This document shows positions 47,917 to 61,694 of a DNA stretch of 64,000 bases, one piece after another (the first letter of the stretch is position 1; the number at the start of each line of letters is the position of its first letter). Origin of the DNA: Octopus vulgaris (Eukaryota). The translations under genes and the position numbers were made by a program. A model generated the notes under the pieces. The model saw only the letters and a list, made by a program, of their open reading frames with translations, did not search any database and had not been told where the DNA came from. The stretch spans positions 87,544,001 to 87,608,000 of the forward strand of contig OX597824.1 of the NCBI GenBank assembly GCA_951406725.2, read 5' to 3'.

Positions 47917-48306
47917 TATTTCTTTATTGCCCACAAGGGGCTACACACAGAGGGGACAGACAAACGGATTAAGTCAATTATATTGACTCCAGTGCATAAG
48001 TAGTACTTATTTAATCGACCCCAAAAGGATGAAAGACAAAGTTGACCTCGGCGAAATTTGAACTCAGAACGTAGCAGCAGATGAAATACCTATTTCTTTG
48101 CTACCCACAAGGGGCTAAACACAGAGGAGACAAACAGATTAAGTCAATTATATCGACCCCAGTGCGTAATTGGTACTTAATTTATCGACCCCGAAAGGAT
48201 GAAAGACAAAGTCGACCTTGGTGGAATTTGAACTCAGAACGTAGCAGCAGACAAAATACCACTAAGTATTTCGCCCAGCATGCTAACGATTCTACCAGCT
48301 CGCCAC
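47917..48306 (-). mobile_element. SINE family A dimer
   Basis: Two units, same junction; TSD ttgaattctttct (47904-47916 / 48309-48321). Confidence 0.85.
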
Positions 48307-48830
48307 CTTTGAATTCTTTCTGTCTCAGTATAAAAGGATAACTATTTATTTTTAATGTACAACCAGTAAAGGATCTCGTTCTTAATGATACTCTACATAG
48401 CTAACACACACACACACGCACGGGTGTGTGCTATAAAATCTCCATAAATAAGTATTACTCTTACCAGAATTAGAATCCCAATGAAGGACGATTGTGCAGA
48501 ATCAGTTAATGGTATAATGTATGTAGAACAAAACCACTATATACTAAGAACTCCCTCAACAAGATTAACCATGCAAGACAACTTTAGAACCATGAGAACA
48601 TGTGATACAAAAGGTTCTTACTCAGCAAGAACATCAAATATATCCACCCATCTTCAGCTGGCGAACAGAAAACATCATAGTTTCGACATCTAGACTACCA
48701 TTCAATCCAGCAGTGTCAACAGCATGAAAAACTAAACACTTCCTGGGAATTACTAGACAAGACAAGAAGCAAGAGTGAAACATTAACACATTATGTCAAC
48801 ACCAGCTTATTGTTTCAAATACAAACTTAA

Positions 48831-49842
48831 CCCTTTCGTTACTATATTTCTGACCAAATTACACCCCTTATGTGTTTCAATTAATTTCTAACGTAATCAT
48901 AAATTTAGTCTGGTTTCATTAAACAACTACAACTTTTTTATTTATCGATATATTAATCTGATTTTTGGAAGATAATTTAATGAAATATTCTCAACCAATT
49001 CTATACTATAATTTTTGTCACAAAGTGACTCTATTTGCAGGTAGATACAGGTAAATTCCACAAAATATAAAATTATTAAAATTTTGTTCAAACATCGCTA
49101 TAGAAAATGGGTTATTAGCTAATATTCAATTGGGTATACAACAAAATTTTACGATAGAATTTGTTATTCTGGGTAACTTTCTGATACCCATAATAATATT
49201 TGTGGCAAAATAGGCCTTAATTTCATTTAAGGTTGTGGGAAATAACAAACTATCCTTTCTTTCGCTTTGTTTACGTTTAGCGTAACGATTTCAAATGGGC
49301 TCATTCGAAAAAGTAAAAAGAAATATATAAGGCTTTACTCTCCTGGGAAAGTCTGTGGCTTGGACTAGTTTCTTCAGAAAAATCACCAAAAGAAACAGTT
49401 TTTAAATTTTCACTCCATTCAGGTGCCAATTCGTTTTCTTTATCGCTATCGGAGATCTCAGATTCACTGTTTTCACATTCGGAAAATGAAACATCAAATT
49501 CATTATCAAATACCATGTGCTTTTTTTTTCAGTCATAGAGTTAGATTTATGAAGGTCTTCAGTAGAAAATCCTTCGAATTCTGACTCGCTGCTTGATATA
49601 ATGAAATTCGTATCCATTTTTTGTCAGAATTACAAATTTTGAAAACACAATAGGAACAAATTTCGGAAAAAAATCTCCCAAAATTCACGGAATTAAAATT
49701 ACACTTCGATTATTGTACAAAACTGTAGTTGAACTGTTTACGAAGTATAATACGTGTTTTCACGAATGTACTAAAGAGATTTGCTCTGATATTCTCATTT
49801 AAATATGAATAGGTAAATTTGGGCGGTTTGGTAACGAAAGAG
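48831..49842 (-). mobile_element. Internally deleted piggyBac element with transposase remnants
   Basis: TTAA TSDs, TIR ccctttcgttac / gtaacgaaagag; minus-strand acidic N-terminus (SSSESEFEGFS) and NRYAKRKQ...TTLNEIKAYFATNIIMGIRKLPRI. Confidence 0.85.
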
Positions 49843-50001
49843 TTAAAATCTCAAATATATATTGTTACATACATCTAGCTAGGAAGCACATAAAATAAAA
49901 TGCAGGAAACACAACTAAAGATCATTAAAATGAAATAGTAAACTACTTACTGAACATAGTTGAAAATGCTGGAAGTACACAAAATGGAAAATAATCTAAG
50001 G

Positions 50002-50323
50002 AGCACTCCGTCGGTTGTGACGACGAGGGTCCCAGCTGATACAATCGACAGAAAAGCTTGCTCGTAAAATTAATGTGCAAGTGGCTGAGCACTCTACAAA
50101 CATGTGTACCATTAACGTAGTTCTCAGGGAGATTCAGCATGACACAGAGTGTGACAAGGCTGGCCTTTTGAAACACTGGTACTACTCATTTTTGCCAGTT
50201 GAGTGGACTGGAGCAACGTGAAATAAAGTGTCTTGCTCAAGGACACAACGTGTCGCCGGGAATTGAACTCACAACCTTACGGTCATGAGCCGAATGCCCC
50301 TAACCACTAAGCCACGTGCCTTC
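50002..50323 (-). mobile_element. tRNA-derived SINE (family E); partial copies 47305-47525 and 45170-45270
   Basis: TSD atggaaaataatctaagg on both sides; tRNA-like head at the right end. Confidence 0.8.
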
Positions 50324-50994
50324 ATGGAAAATAATCTAAGGCATAATAAACCTAGAACTGTAAACATAGATTAGTAAAGACCATAAACCAATGCACCTCG
50401 TTATTTAATGGTCTTTGATACATTTAAAACAAGAAAACAATTAAAATGAACTTGTAGATTAACATCGCTTTAACTCTCAGGTTTCAATCATTTTAAAACA
50501 ACATGACATGGGAATGAGCCCATGTAGACCAATATCTGTGAAATATAAACTTTAATTATAGAAAATATATTTAACTAAAACATTCGAGCGAGGTCGTTGC
50601 CAGTACCGCCTGACTGGCCCTGTGCTGGTGGCATGTAAAAGCACCCACTACACTCTCGGAGTGGTTGGCATTAGGAAGGGCATCCAGCTGTAGAAACTCT
50701 GCCAGATCAAGACTAGAGCCTGATGCAGCCGTCAGTCAAATCGTCCAACCCATGCTAGCATGGAAAGCAGACGTTAAACAATGATGATGATGATTTCCAC
50801 TTAAAAAGATGTAGATAATATAAAATTGACTAAAACATCCAAATCATAAAACGAGAAAACATAATTAAAGCCAACTAAATGTAAACCAGCATCCTAACAT
50901 TACTTGAAAGCTATCAGGCGTCAAGCACCTATGACATGCGAATAAACCAGTGTAGATGTATAACTATTAAAAATATACTTTAATTATAGAAAAT

Positions 50995-51402
50995 ATATGC
51001 AGTACGGAATTTTGTCAGTGATCAGGTCGCGGTCTCAAAGCGACGAAAATATTTTGACAAATTAAATTTAAGGGCATGGTTGTGTGGTTAGGGAGCTTGC
51101 TTCCCAACTACATGGTTTCGGGTTCAGTCCCATTGCGTGGCACTTTGGGTAGGTGTCTCCTGCTATAGCCCCGAGCTGGCTGAAGCTTTATGATTGAATT
51201 CGGTAGGTGGAAGTTACTGCCGTGTGTGTATGTGTGCGTATAGCTGCTCAGTGCCTCTCCGAAAGAGAGAGAGGGTTGGAGTGAATCTAACGGGTTTTGT
51301 GTGTTTCTTAAATGGCTTATAAACACCTTCCACGCTGCAATTATTTTCGTTCCAGCACGCGATCTCAGATCAGGTCACTTGCTATGCGAGTACATCTCCG
51401 TA
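50995..51402 (+). mobile_element. Penelope-like short element (same family as 63443-63742) interrupted by a SINE at ~51071-51280
   Basis: Shared sequence with the 63.5-kb copy on both sides of the SINE. Confidence 0.65.
51011..51061 (+). ncRNA. Minimal type I hammerhead ribozyme, G3-C8 core variant
   Basis: TTTGTCA GTGATCA G GTCGC ggtctcaaa GCGAC GAAA ATAT TT^ TGACAAA: 7-bp stem I, 5-bp stem II, palindromic stem III. Confidence 0.7.
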
Positions 51403-52126
51403 ATATTTATATCAATATTTTCACCTAAAAAACAAACCATAAAAATAACACGGTACACACATGCTGCAAAGAAAGTAATGAAAGCAAGGCTTAACCTCTT
51501 CGCTGCCAAAAGACCATTTGTAATCTATGAGCAGAAGTACAGAATTATTCTCTAACAGAAGTGATGTACACCTTCAAGGGTTTTAGTCAATTATAGCAAT
51601 CTTCCTATTCCATTAATTTGGTAGTGAATTTGGTAGACGGAAACTGAAAGAAGCCTGTCGTATATATGTATATATATATGCGTGTGTGTGTTTGTCCCCC
51701 TAGCATTGCTTGACAACCGATGTGTGTTTATGTCCCCGTTACTTAGCGGTTCGGCAAAAGAGACCAATAGAATAAGTACTGGGCTTACAAAAGAATAAGT
51801 CCCGGGGTCGAGTTGCTCGATTAAAGGCAGTGCTCCAGCATGACCGCAGTCAAATGACTGAAACAAGTAAAAGAATAAAAGAATTATTCTCTAACAGAAG
51901 TGATGTACACCTTCAAGGGTTTTAGTCAATTATGGCAATATTCCTATTCCATTAATTTGGCATTTATTTTATATTTTAACAAACACAAAAGAGGATAAAC
52001 AGCTAAGTCAACAAAGTGGATTGAAATACAAGGCATTTTTCAGTATACTAATTCTTTTGTCATCCACTATACAACCATCAACCAAATTTAACTGACAATG
52101 TTTTAGATAATCTAAGTCTGCAGCAA

Positions 52127-52426
52127 GTGGAGGCACATGGCCTATTGGTTAGAGCAGCAGACTCGCTGTCAAGGTATAGTGGGTTCGAATCTCAGACCGG
52201 GTGACATGTGTGTTTATGAGCGTAACACCTAAGCTCCATGCAGCCCCGGCAGAAGGTAATGGCAAACTTCTGCTGACTCTTTCGCCACAACTTTCTCTCT
52301 CTTTCCTCCTGCATCTTGCAGCTCACCTGCGACAGACCAGCTTCTTGTCCAGGTGGGGAACCTTTATGCCAAAGAAACTGCGAAACTGGCCCTTATGAGC
52401 CAGGTGTTGCTCGAGAAGGAACAAAC
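52127..52426 (+). mobile_element. tRNA-derived SINE (family F)
   Basis: tggcctattggttagagc...gggttcgaatctc A/B boxes; TSD aagtct(g/a)cagca. Confidence 0.75.
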
Positions 52427-53810
52427 AAGTCTACAGCAGAAGAAACTCGTGCTGTGGATTAAACTTAAGAACATGTTACTGTAAAGCAAGTTTCTAAACC
52501 ACACAGCCATGTTTACCTTTCTGTCCTAGAAATTTAAAATATTTCTAAACTAATGATAGTTTTGTTTGTATACCCCATGTGGATAAAAATGTTCTTTATT
52601 CTTGACTTACCACCCTGACAAATATTAGCCCGTAGCAATTCAAATTAATTATTAATTATATTAATGCCTCCAAACTAAGCAACAGCTTCTCATCAATGAC
52701 AGACTTCTCAGGTCTGTCGTGACCCTGCAAGATCATTAGGTTGGACACCTTATCCCACTTACCATGTATAAACAATCAAAACAATATTGCCCTCCCTTCT
52801 GTGGGTGGAATGTCAGTCTATCACAAAGTCAAACCCCACCACCAGCTCTAGCTGATGCTCATTTTCAACTGAGAGTATCAAAACAACATGAAATGAAGTG
52901 TTTTGCTCAAGTGTACATCATACTGCCCTGTCTGCAAATCGAAACCTCCACCTCCTAATCAAGAGTCCAATATCTTATCCACAAGGCCATGCGTCTTCAC
53001 TGAGGACAGACGAATGAAGTAAAATTCAGTCTGATTTCATCAGAAATTAAAAAGATCTTTCAACTAAAATTTCCTCTTAAGTAGACTCGTTCAAGTAAGA
53101 TGTGCGACCACTGATTAAGATAAACTTTAAGATTAACAACTGTTGCCAACATATCAACAATTATATACTTTATAACAACTGTATATTTATTTAGATTATT
53201 ATCTGTTCACAGAGAAAAATCATAGACTCATATCTGAAATATATATTTTTTTTTTAAATACATTAAGCTAAAAAAAAACCCCAAAAAATTGTTAATCTCT
53301 TTAGTGGTCTAATTACCAACATTATTAGCATCAGGAAAAAATTAAGTACAGTCGTATTCTATTTATATACGTTTTACAACTTCATTCATACAACAGACAG
53401 ATCAGACGGTGTGTGAAGAGAAAACTTCCAAAGCAAGTGAGTAAGATTAATTAATTAATACTAATTAGTACTATTTTACTAAACTGATATAATTATATTA
53501 GAGTGTTGTAGTTTGCTTGGAGCGTTTTAATATCAAAGAAGGTAAAAAGAGAGAAAATAGAAAGTTTCTGACAATGTGGAAAATATTATAAAATACTCTT
53601 TTGCTCTTTCACTTGTTTCATTCATTTCACTGCGGCCATGCTGGAGCACCGCCTTTAGTCAAGCAAATCGACCCCAGGATTTATTCTTTGTATGCCTAGT
53701 ACTTATTCTATCAGTCTCTTTTGCTGAACCGCCAAGTTACGGGGACGTAAACACACCAGCATCGGTTGTCAAGCGATGCTGGGGGGACAAACACAGACAC
53801 ACAAACATAT

Positions 53811-53865
<55 letters not shown>

Positions 53866-54187
53866 CATGACGGGCTTCTTTCAGTTTCCGTCTACCAAAT
53901 CTACTCACAAGGCTTTGGTCGGCCCAAGGCTATAGTAGAAGACACTTGCCCAAGGTGCCACACAGTGGGACTGAACCCGGAATCATGTGGTTCATAAGCA
54001 AGCTACTTACCACACAGCCACTCCTATGCCTTTATATTTCAAGTGCAAAGGCTAATCTTCAGAAGAAAAACAATCCAAGAAAAGATGGGCCTTTGCGCCT
54101 AAAATATAAAGATTTTATTAAACTTTCCATTGTCAGAAGCTTTATATATTCTCTCTTTTTACCTTCTTCAATAATTATATTATTTTT

Positions 54188-55380
54188 TTTGTTGTACCTA
54201 GGGACGGTCATTATGCCAAAATTATTAACACACACACACTGATTCAATTTCACTTCTCTATTATTAGTCAGTTGGTTAAATATGCAACTATCTAATCGGT
54301 TATTTGTTTAATTTGGTTAAACAGTAAGTCGTTTGTTTAGTTTTTGTTTGTCAAAGCTCTTGCAAACTTTTTAATGACTTTTGGCTCAGTCCGTTATGGA
54401 AGCTGTGTTTGTCTGCTTGAGAGCTGGTTGCAAGATCTTAATGTTTAACCAAGCTTAACCCTTTCGTTACTGTATTTATTTTGAGATGCTTTATGTTTCT
54501 TTCAATTACTTTAAATATAACAAAGAATTTAGTAAAATAACTTAGTTATCATTAAGCTAGTGTTAGGAACATAATTTGTGACTCAGGTTTGGTGGAAGAT
54601 TTTAATTCAAAACTTATGAAAACAAGACATTTGTACTACAGAACCAGAGGAAAATAAAGATTATCAAATGCATGTACAATACCAAAATCTTTACAAGAAG
54701 ACAAAAGTTGTTAGATGTTTAACCCTTTTGTTACCATATTTCTGTTGAGATGCTCTGTGTTTCTTTCAATTACTTTAAATATAACAAAGAATTTAGTAAA
54801 ATAACTTCATTATCATTAAGCTAGTGTTAGGAACATAAATTGTGACTAAGGTTTGGTGGAGGATTTTAATTCAAAACTTTTGAAAACAAGACATTTGTAC
54901 TACAGGGCCAGAAGTGGTTTCAGCTGGGTTGGTATCAAAAGGGTTAATGTGACCCCATCACTAGTGCCTTCTACATGGCACCAGCATGAGTGCTTTTAAC
55001 CTTTTTGTTCCCATATTTCTGTTGAGATGCTCTGTGTCTCTTTCAGTTACTTTAAATATAACAAAGAATTTAGTAAAATAACTTAGTTATCATTCAGCTA
55101 GTGTTAGGAACATAAATTGTGACTAAAGGTTTGGTGGAAGATTTTAATTCAAAACTTATGAAAACAAGACATTTGTACTTCAGGGCCAGAGCCGGTTTCA
55201 GCCGGGTCGGTAATGAAAGGATTAACAATAATTTGGTTGGATATTTAACCAATTGACTAATAATAAAGGAGTGGAATTGAACCAGTGCATGTGTTAATCA
55301 TATTGGCATAATGACCTTCCCTAGACGCAACAAAATTCGTTTCAGCACATGAATTTACATAAAGAATCTTGCAAACCAGA
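54188..55380. mobile_element. Fold-back element split by three nested piggyBac MITEs
   Basis: Arms ttgttgtacctagggacggtcattatgccaa / ttggcataatgaccttccctagacgcaacaa plus the shared tail. Confidence 0.65.
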
Positions 55381-57514
55381 TACAAAACCAAAGTAAAAAT
55401 TATATTACATCAAATTAGATCATTAGATCTTGTAGCAAATATTTTTCAGTGTACAAGGAATTGTGTTGTAAGGTTTCTCAGTTTAACTAAATTTGCACAC
55501 ATTCATTGGTTCTTTGAAATATGGAACGCTAGGTGTGAATATGGCTGTGGTTGAGAACTTTGCTTCCCAGCCATATGGCTATGGAATCAATTCCATTGCA
55601 TAGCACAATTCTTATTTCTTTACTGCCCAAAAGGGGCTACACACAGAGGGGACAAACAAGGACAGACAAATGGATTAAGTCGATTACATCGACCCCAGTG
55701 CGTAACTGGTACTTAATTTATCGACCCCGAAAGGATGAAAGGCAAAGTCGACCTCGGCAGAATTTGATTTTCTTTATTGACATTATGACTGGTCGCTCAG
55801 CACTTTGGAAGGTTAATGGAATACAAAAGTCCCTTAATATGAAAAACAAGGGTCAGTGACAGGAAAAACATCCAGCCACAAAACACAACCTCACCTAATT
55901 CCCATCCACACCCCTGCCAGTCATCATCATCATCATCGTATAACATCTGCTTTCCATGCTAGCATGGGTTGGACGATTTGACTGAGGGCTGGCGAACCAG
56001 ATGGCTGCGCCAGGCTCCAATCTTGATCTGGCAGAGTTTCTACAGCTGGATGCCCTTCCTAATGCCAACCACTCCGAGAGTGTAGAGAAATAAACATTTA
56101 ACACAAACAAATGACAATTTCAATAAACTATTGCTATTTAAAAATGTTTCTTTGTTTCTAGATTACCATAACAGCAATCTTTTGAAAGCTTCTGAAGAAA
56201 AGAATCCTACAAATAATTTCACCAAATATGAACATTTCAAAGATGACCTGGGAACATTTAAGTTCAAAGACTCAGACCTACATTATGTATTTTGCTTTAC
56301 TGTTCATTGTATTCCTGTTGGCCTTTTCATCAAAATCCTACAGCTCATCCAAGAAAAACAAGAAAAATACCTGAAATGATAATTCCTCAAAATGGCAACA
56401 AAATGCCTTCAAATATTTTTCAGTTAAATTCTGTATTAAAATTTTTCAAAATTATGGTTTTGCTCTCTTCTCGTTTTCATATTAAAACTTCTAGAGAGAA
56501 CAGGTGTCTCAGAATTAGTTAAACAAAATTTGATATATAATCATTCTTATACAGATATATTTTTTGTAAAATCTACATAATTATTGGATGCCCTTCCTAA
56601 CGCCAACCACTCCGCGAGTGTAGTGGGTGCTTATTGTTCTCTATTTAAGAGATGAGGAATTATGTACATTATTTACATTTGATGGATATTTTTCCTCATC
56701 TTGTTTGTTGTTAACACATTTCGGTTGATATACCCTTGGGGAAATTTCGAAACTGGGTTCTCATTCCTAAGGTATTTTTCAATGTTGTTGTTGTTTACTG
56801 TTATCATGTAGCCACTCTTTTGTTTCAGTCATTTGACTGTGGCCATGCTGGAGCACTGCCTTTAGTCAAGAAAATTAACCCCAGGACTTATTCTTTGTAA
56901 GCCTAGTACTTATTTTATCGGTGCGGTTTTTTTAAGATGAACCATGACTGACATGTATGGCATTGTTCCAAGACTAAATCAGAGTACCTCAATATGATAA
57001 AAGGGTAAAGACCCCCTTCGGTCAAGAATGATCATGGGACTGCATCTAGAAAGGCACAAGTCTGAGCAAGGTTATTTCTTGTGGAAGACCAGCAGTCATC
57101 CATGGATAGCAACTTCCTTTCTCCACGCCACCGATGTTATCCAAGGGAAAGGCAAAGGGGCCGATACAGCTTGGCACCGGTGATGTCACAACTCATTTCT
57201 ACGTGAAATAAAGTGTCTTGCTCAAGAACACAACACACAGCCTGGTCCAGGAATCGAACTCACTACCCCATGATTGTGAGCCTGACACTCTAACCACTGA
57301 GCTATGCGGTAAAATTGATTGAAAACAAAGTATATAAAAAGTAGGTGTTGATTAAAAACACAAAACAATATGTAATATTTAAAACTTTATTCTTAAAAAT
57401 AATCATAAAACAAATAACTAATATTTAAAACTTTATTAATAAAAAAATAAACATATGTTGAAAACGTTCATTTAGACTGTGAGCTTTAAACATTTAAACA
57501 AACATCTTGTCTAC

Positions 57515-58385
57515 GATAGGCACAAGGCTTGAAATTTTAGGGGACAGTGATTGTCGATTTCATCAACCCCAGTGTGTAACTGGTACTTAATTTATTGACC
57601 CGGAAAGGATGAATAGCAAATTCGACATCAGCAGAATTTGAACTCAGAATGTAAAGGCAGACCAAAAGATGGCTAAGCATTTTGTCGGGTGCGTTTATGA
57701 TACTTATTTCTTTATTGCCCACAAGGGGCTAAATACAGAGGGGACAAAGAAGGACAGACAAAGGGATTAAGTCAATTACATCAACCCCAGTGCATAACTG
57801 GTACTTAATTTATCGACCCAAAAGGATGAAAGGCAAAGTCGACCTCGGTGGAATTTGAACTCACAACGTAATGGCAGACGAAATACCGCTAAGCATTTCG
57901 CCCGGTGTGCTAACAATTCTGCCAGCTTGAACTACTGATTCTTTCTACTATAAGGCACAAGGATAGAAATTTTAGAGGAGAGGGCTAGCTGATTACGTTG
58001 GTTCCAATGCTCAATCGGTAGTTATTTCATCGACCCCCAAAAGTTTGAAAGATGATGTCGACCCCAGTAGGAATTGAACTCAGTATGTAAAAACCAGAAA
58101 ACATGTCAGTAAGCATTTTGTCCGATGTGCTAACAATTCTGCCAACTCACTGATTTAACTGCAAGCTAATAACCCTTTCTGCTGAAGGCACAAGGCCTGA
58201 AATTCGGGGGGAGGGGACTAGTTGATTACATCGACGCCCCAGTGTTTCATTAGTACTTTATTTAATGACCCTGAAAGGATGAAAGGCAAAGTCGACCTTG
58301 GTGAAATTTGAACTCAGAATGTGAAGACAGACGAAAATGCTGCTAAGCATTTTGCCCAGCATGCTAACGATTCTGCCAGCTTGCT
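57515..58385 (-). mobile_element. Cluster of four family-A-related SINEs in the same orientation
   Basis: Repeated aaaggatgaaaggcaaagtcgacc...gaatttgaactc...aagcattt units. Confidence 0.8.
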
Positions 58386-58556
58386 GCCTTACTGCAAACT
58401 AATAAGGAAATTTAAAACTGACAAGCTGAAAACAAATTCAAAGTTGAAAGATAAAAGCTCCAATTATGTTATGAAAACAATGTCAACAAGTAAAATGAGA
58501 TTTTCAAATAAAGAATAATTTGAAAACAAAACAATTAACATCTTTAAACACAAACA

Positions 58557-59000
58557 CTATTTATTTTGGGAGGGTCATTATGCCAATAACACACACACAC
58601 TGGTTCTATTTCACTTCTTTAATCTTTCAGTTAATCAATCAATCAGCTATATTTGTCAAAGTTCTTTTGTTGCTATTTACGAACTCATTATTGATATGCC
58701 CTCTCAACGCCAGGTCAGTTGACCTGAAAAGACAGACAGACCCGAAGCTGACCTGGAGCTTTAATGAAGAGGTCATGAATGGAAACAAAACGACTTGACA
58801 AACATAACAGATCGACTGATTAACCGAATGATTAATCAAACAACTGATTAGTTAATTGGTTAAATGGTTAACTAATTGACCAATAATAAAAGAAGTGAAA
58901 TAGAACCAGTACCAGTGCATGTTCATTATTGGCACGATGACCCCCCTCAAATGCAATAAAACCTGTTTCAATGAGTTTACATCAAGAACATTGCAAACCA
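58557..59000 (+). mobile_element. Fold-back element with decayed hammerhead remnants and shared tail
   Basis: Inverted arms ~58557-58625 / ~58885-58960; tail ctgtttcaatgagtttacatcaagaacattgcaaacca. Confidence 0.6.
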
Positions 59001-59307
59001 CAAACCAAAGACAAAAATCTAATTAACATCAACAAAACCATTTAAGAGAGAAAATAAACTCTTAAAACAAAAAGAGAAAATGGAAAAAAAAGTGTTATTA
59101 AAATCAAAAGAAAACTTAGTTTGATTTTTCTGTTTGAGAAAAATTTAGGAATTTTTCAAGAAATATCTTTTGCTGAAAACTATAAACCTAATTTTAGCAA
59201 AGTAGCTGAAGAAAAGTCTTGAATGAGTTTTTTAAGAATTATAAAAATAAATCTCATGTTTTATTCTGACATTTTCAATAGAGACAAAATGAAACTGAAA
59301 GTATATA

Positions 59308-59542
59308 CAGGGCTGGGCAAAAGTAGAAATACGGTAGTTTAATATGAGTGGGATGTTCTTTTGGCTTAAGCATTCATTCAAAGACCCCAGAAAAAAAGTG
59401 GGGGGAGGCTTCCAATGAACTAGACATCTCCTGCAGATCTCTTAATTGACTTATGAATTGCTTCGGTAAAACAGAAATAGAGAAACAAAGAGAACATTCC
59501 ATGCATATTATGCAACTGTGTACCTACTTCTGCTCACCCCCG
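59308..59542. mobile_element. Tc1/mariner-type MITE
   Basis: TA-cagggctgggcaaaagtag...ctacttctgctcacccccg-TA. Confidence 0.65.
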
Positions 59543-60758
59543 TATTATTTATTGGGAGATGGAATAAAAATAAGACTTAATAGAATTTTTAGGTTAATTC
59601 TAATATCATTTTGGAATGTGGGAGATTTCCAAATCCTATTTATTGTCAGAATATAAGTGATTTTTTAATGATTTTTAAAGATTTTAATGTAATTTTTTTT
59701 TCTTCTTGTCCTTTTGATAATTCGTAAAACACAATGAAAAGGATTTCTAAAATTGACAACAAAAAACGAAAAAAAAAAACTGGTATGTAGTTGATTGAAT
59801 CAACATCAAAGGTGTTTCACATGGGCAGTGGGTGGGCAAGGTGGGGGGTGAACAGTGAGGACCAAAAACTGGTGGTGGGGAGTGGGCAGCAAATTGCTCT
59901 GTTTAATAAAACCAAGATGGCTGAAACATTTCAAATTTGTTCAAATCCATGACAAAGAAGGAGTATTTGGATGAAAATTCTATTTTATCATCTTGTTAAG
60001 AGGGAAGGGGAAGAAATTTTCAGTCGTGTGTGTGGGTGGTGTGGAGTCAGTGCTGGTATTTGTCATTTTGAAGACTACTAGACTTCTGTATTTGACTTGT
60101 GTTTATTTTATGCAAAAGGATAAATGACAAAGTGAACCACAGCAGGATTTGAACTCAGACCATAAAGGAATATAACAGAATACTATAAGATATTTTGCCC
60201 ATTCTACCAATCCTGAATTTTGAGTAAAAAAATTTTTTTTAAAAAGGCACTAAAAAAGTATAAAGATTAACTAAAAAATACACGTTAGAAAAAATTTTGT
60301 GCCATTTTTCTTAAATGGATTATAAACTTGATAAATTTTCATCTGTTTTTCTTTTGCACATTAACCCTTCTGTTACCGTATTTATTTTGAGATGCTCTGT
60401 GTTTCTTTCAATTACTTTAAATATAACAAAGAATTTAGTAAAATAACTTAGTTATCATTCAGCTAGTGTTAGAGACATAAATTGTGACTAAGATTTGGTA
60501 GAAGATTTTAATTCAAAACTTATGAAAACAAGACATTTGTACTACAGAGCCAGAGGCAGTTTCAGACAAGTTGGTATCAAAAGGGTTAATAAAGTAAAAT
60601 TACTCCTTTATTCAGGAATTTCCAAGATATATCATAATTTTAATATAAACCATAAAAAATGTATTGACTTGTTTGGACAGGCTGAACCTCCTTAAGTCTG
60701 ACATTTTATTGTCTGCCGACTCTCATGATCCGGCTTATTTCATATCTGCTGCCATTAG

Positions 60759-60935
60759 TTTGTAGATCTGTCACCATGGCACTACTTTTAGGCACCAATA
60801 TTATTCATTCCAAGCACTGAAAAACCGTTTGGAAGCATTAATGGGTCTTGTAGATCTGTCACCATGGTACTACTTTTAGGAACCAATATCGTTTATTCCA
60901 AGCGCCGAAAAACTGTTTGGAAGCATCAATGAGTC
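60759..60935. repeat. Two-copy tandem duplication, ~89-bp unit
   Basis: ttgtagatctgtcaccatgg...tttggaagcat occurs twice. Confidence 0.8.
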
Positions 60936-61503
60936 TGTTTTAAGCTTGACAAGATCCCATGAGCAGCAGAACTATGCTGAGCTCCAGTGCTAGCCATACC
61001 ATGGTTTCAGTGGCAGGATGCCTTCTCTAACACCAATCATTTTCGTGTGTAGGGGTTATTTTTTTGCCAATTATACACAGTAGACACATAGTTAAGTGAT
61101 CGGGAATGTACTTAATATAATGTACCAAGAAATTTTAATCAAAAGTACGACTGTAGTGTGTGCCAGAGGAAATAGCTGAGTGATTACAATTCTGGTCAAC
61201 ATATGCAAGGGAGACAACCCAAAAGTTTTTATTGAAAATAGAATGTGAACATGCAAGAGTGAGAGAATATGATCTTTGGCAACAGAGTGACAACTCTGGA
61301 AATGTTCCAGTCTTATTAAACCTCATCAGCACACCATAGATTTCAGCAGTGCTGCAAGACTTCAGATGAGACTAAGAGATAAATAAAGTTTGAGTGAATA
61401 AATACTCGTAAGCTGTGAAAAAGCAAACTGAATGACTGAGGAGGGGGTTGGGATTTATCCAGGGATGTCTTTGCATGGAAAACAATTTGTTACAAACAAT
61501 ATA

Positions 61504-61694
61504 TATTTCTTTACTGCCCACAAGGGGCTAAACACAGAGAGGACAAACAAGGACAGACAAACGGGTTAAGTCGATTAAGTACCTTATATTGACCCCAGTC
61601 AATTAAGGTACTTAATTTATCGATCCCGAAAGGATGAAAGGCAAAGTCGACCTCGGCGGAATTTGAACTCAGAACGTAATGGCAGACGAAATAC
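61504..61694 (-). mobile_element. SINE family A headless unit-length monomer
   Basis: TSD tgttacaaacaatata (61488-61503 / 61695-61710). Confidence 0.85.

Noticed and set aside
52127-52200. tRNA genes at SINE heads
   Set aside because: A/B boxes are present but there is no complete cloverleaf, and each continues into a SINE body with TSDs.
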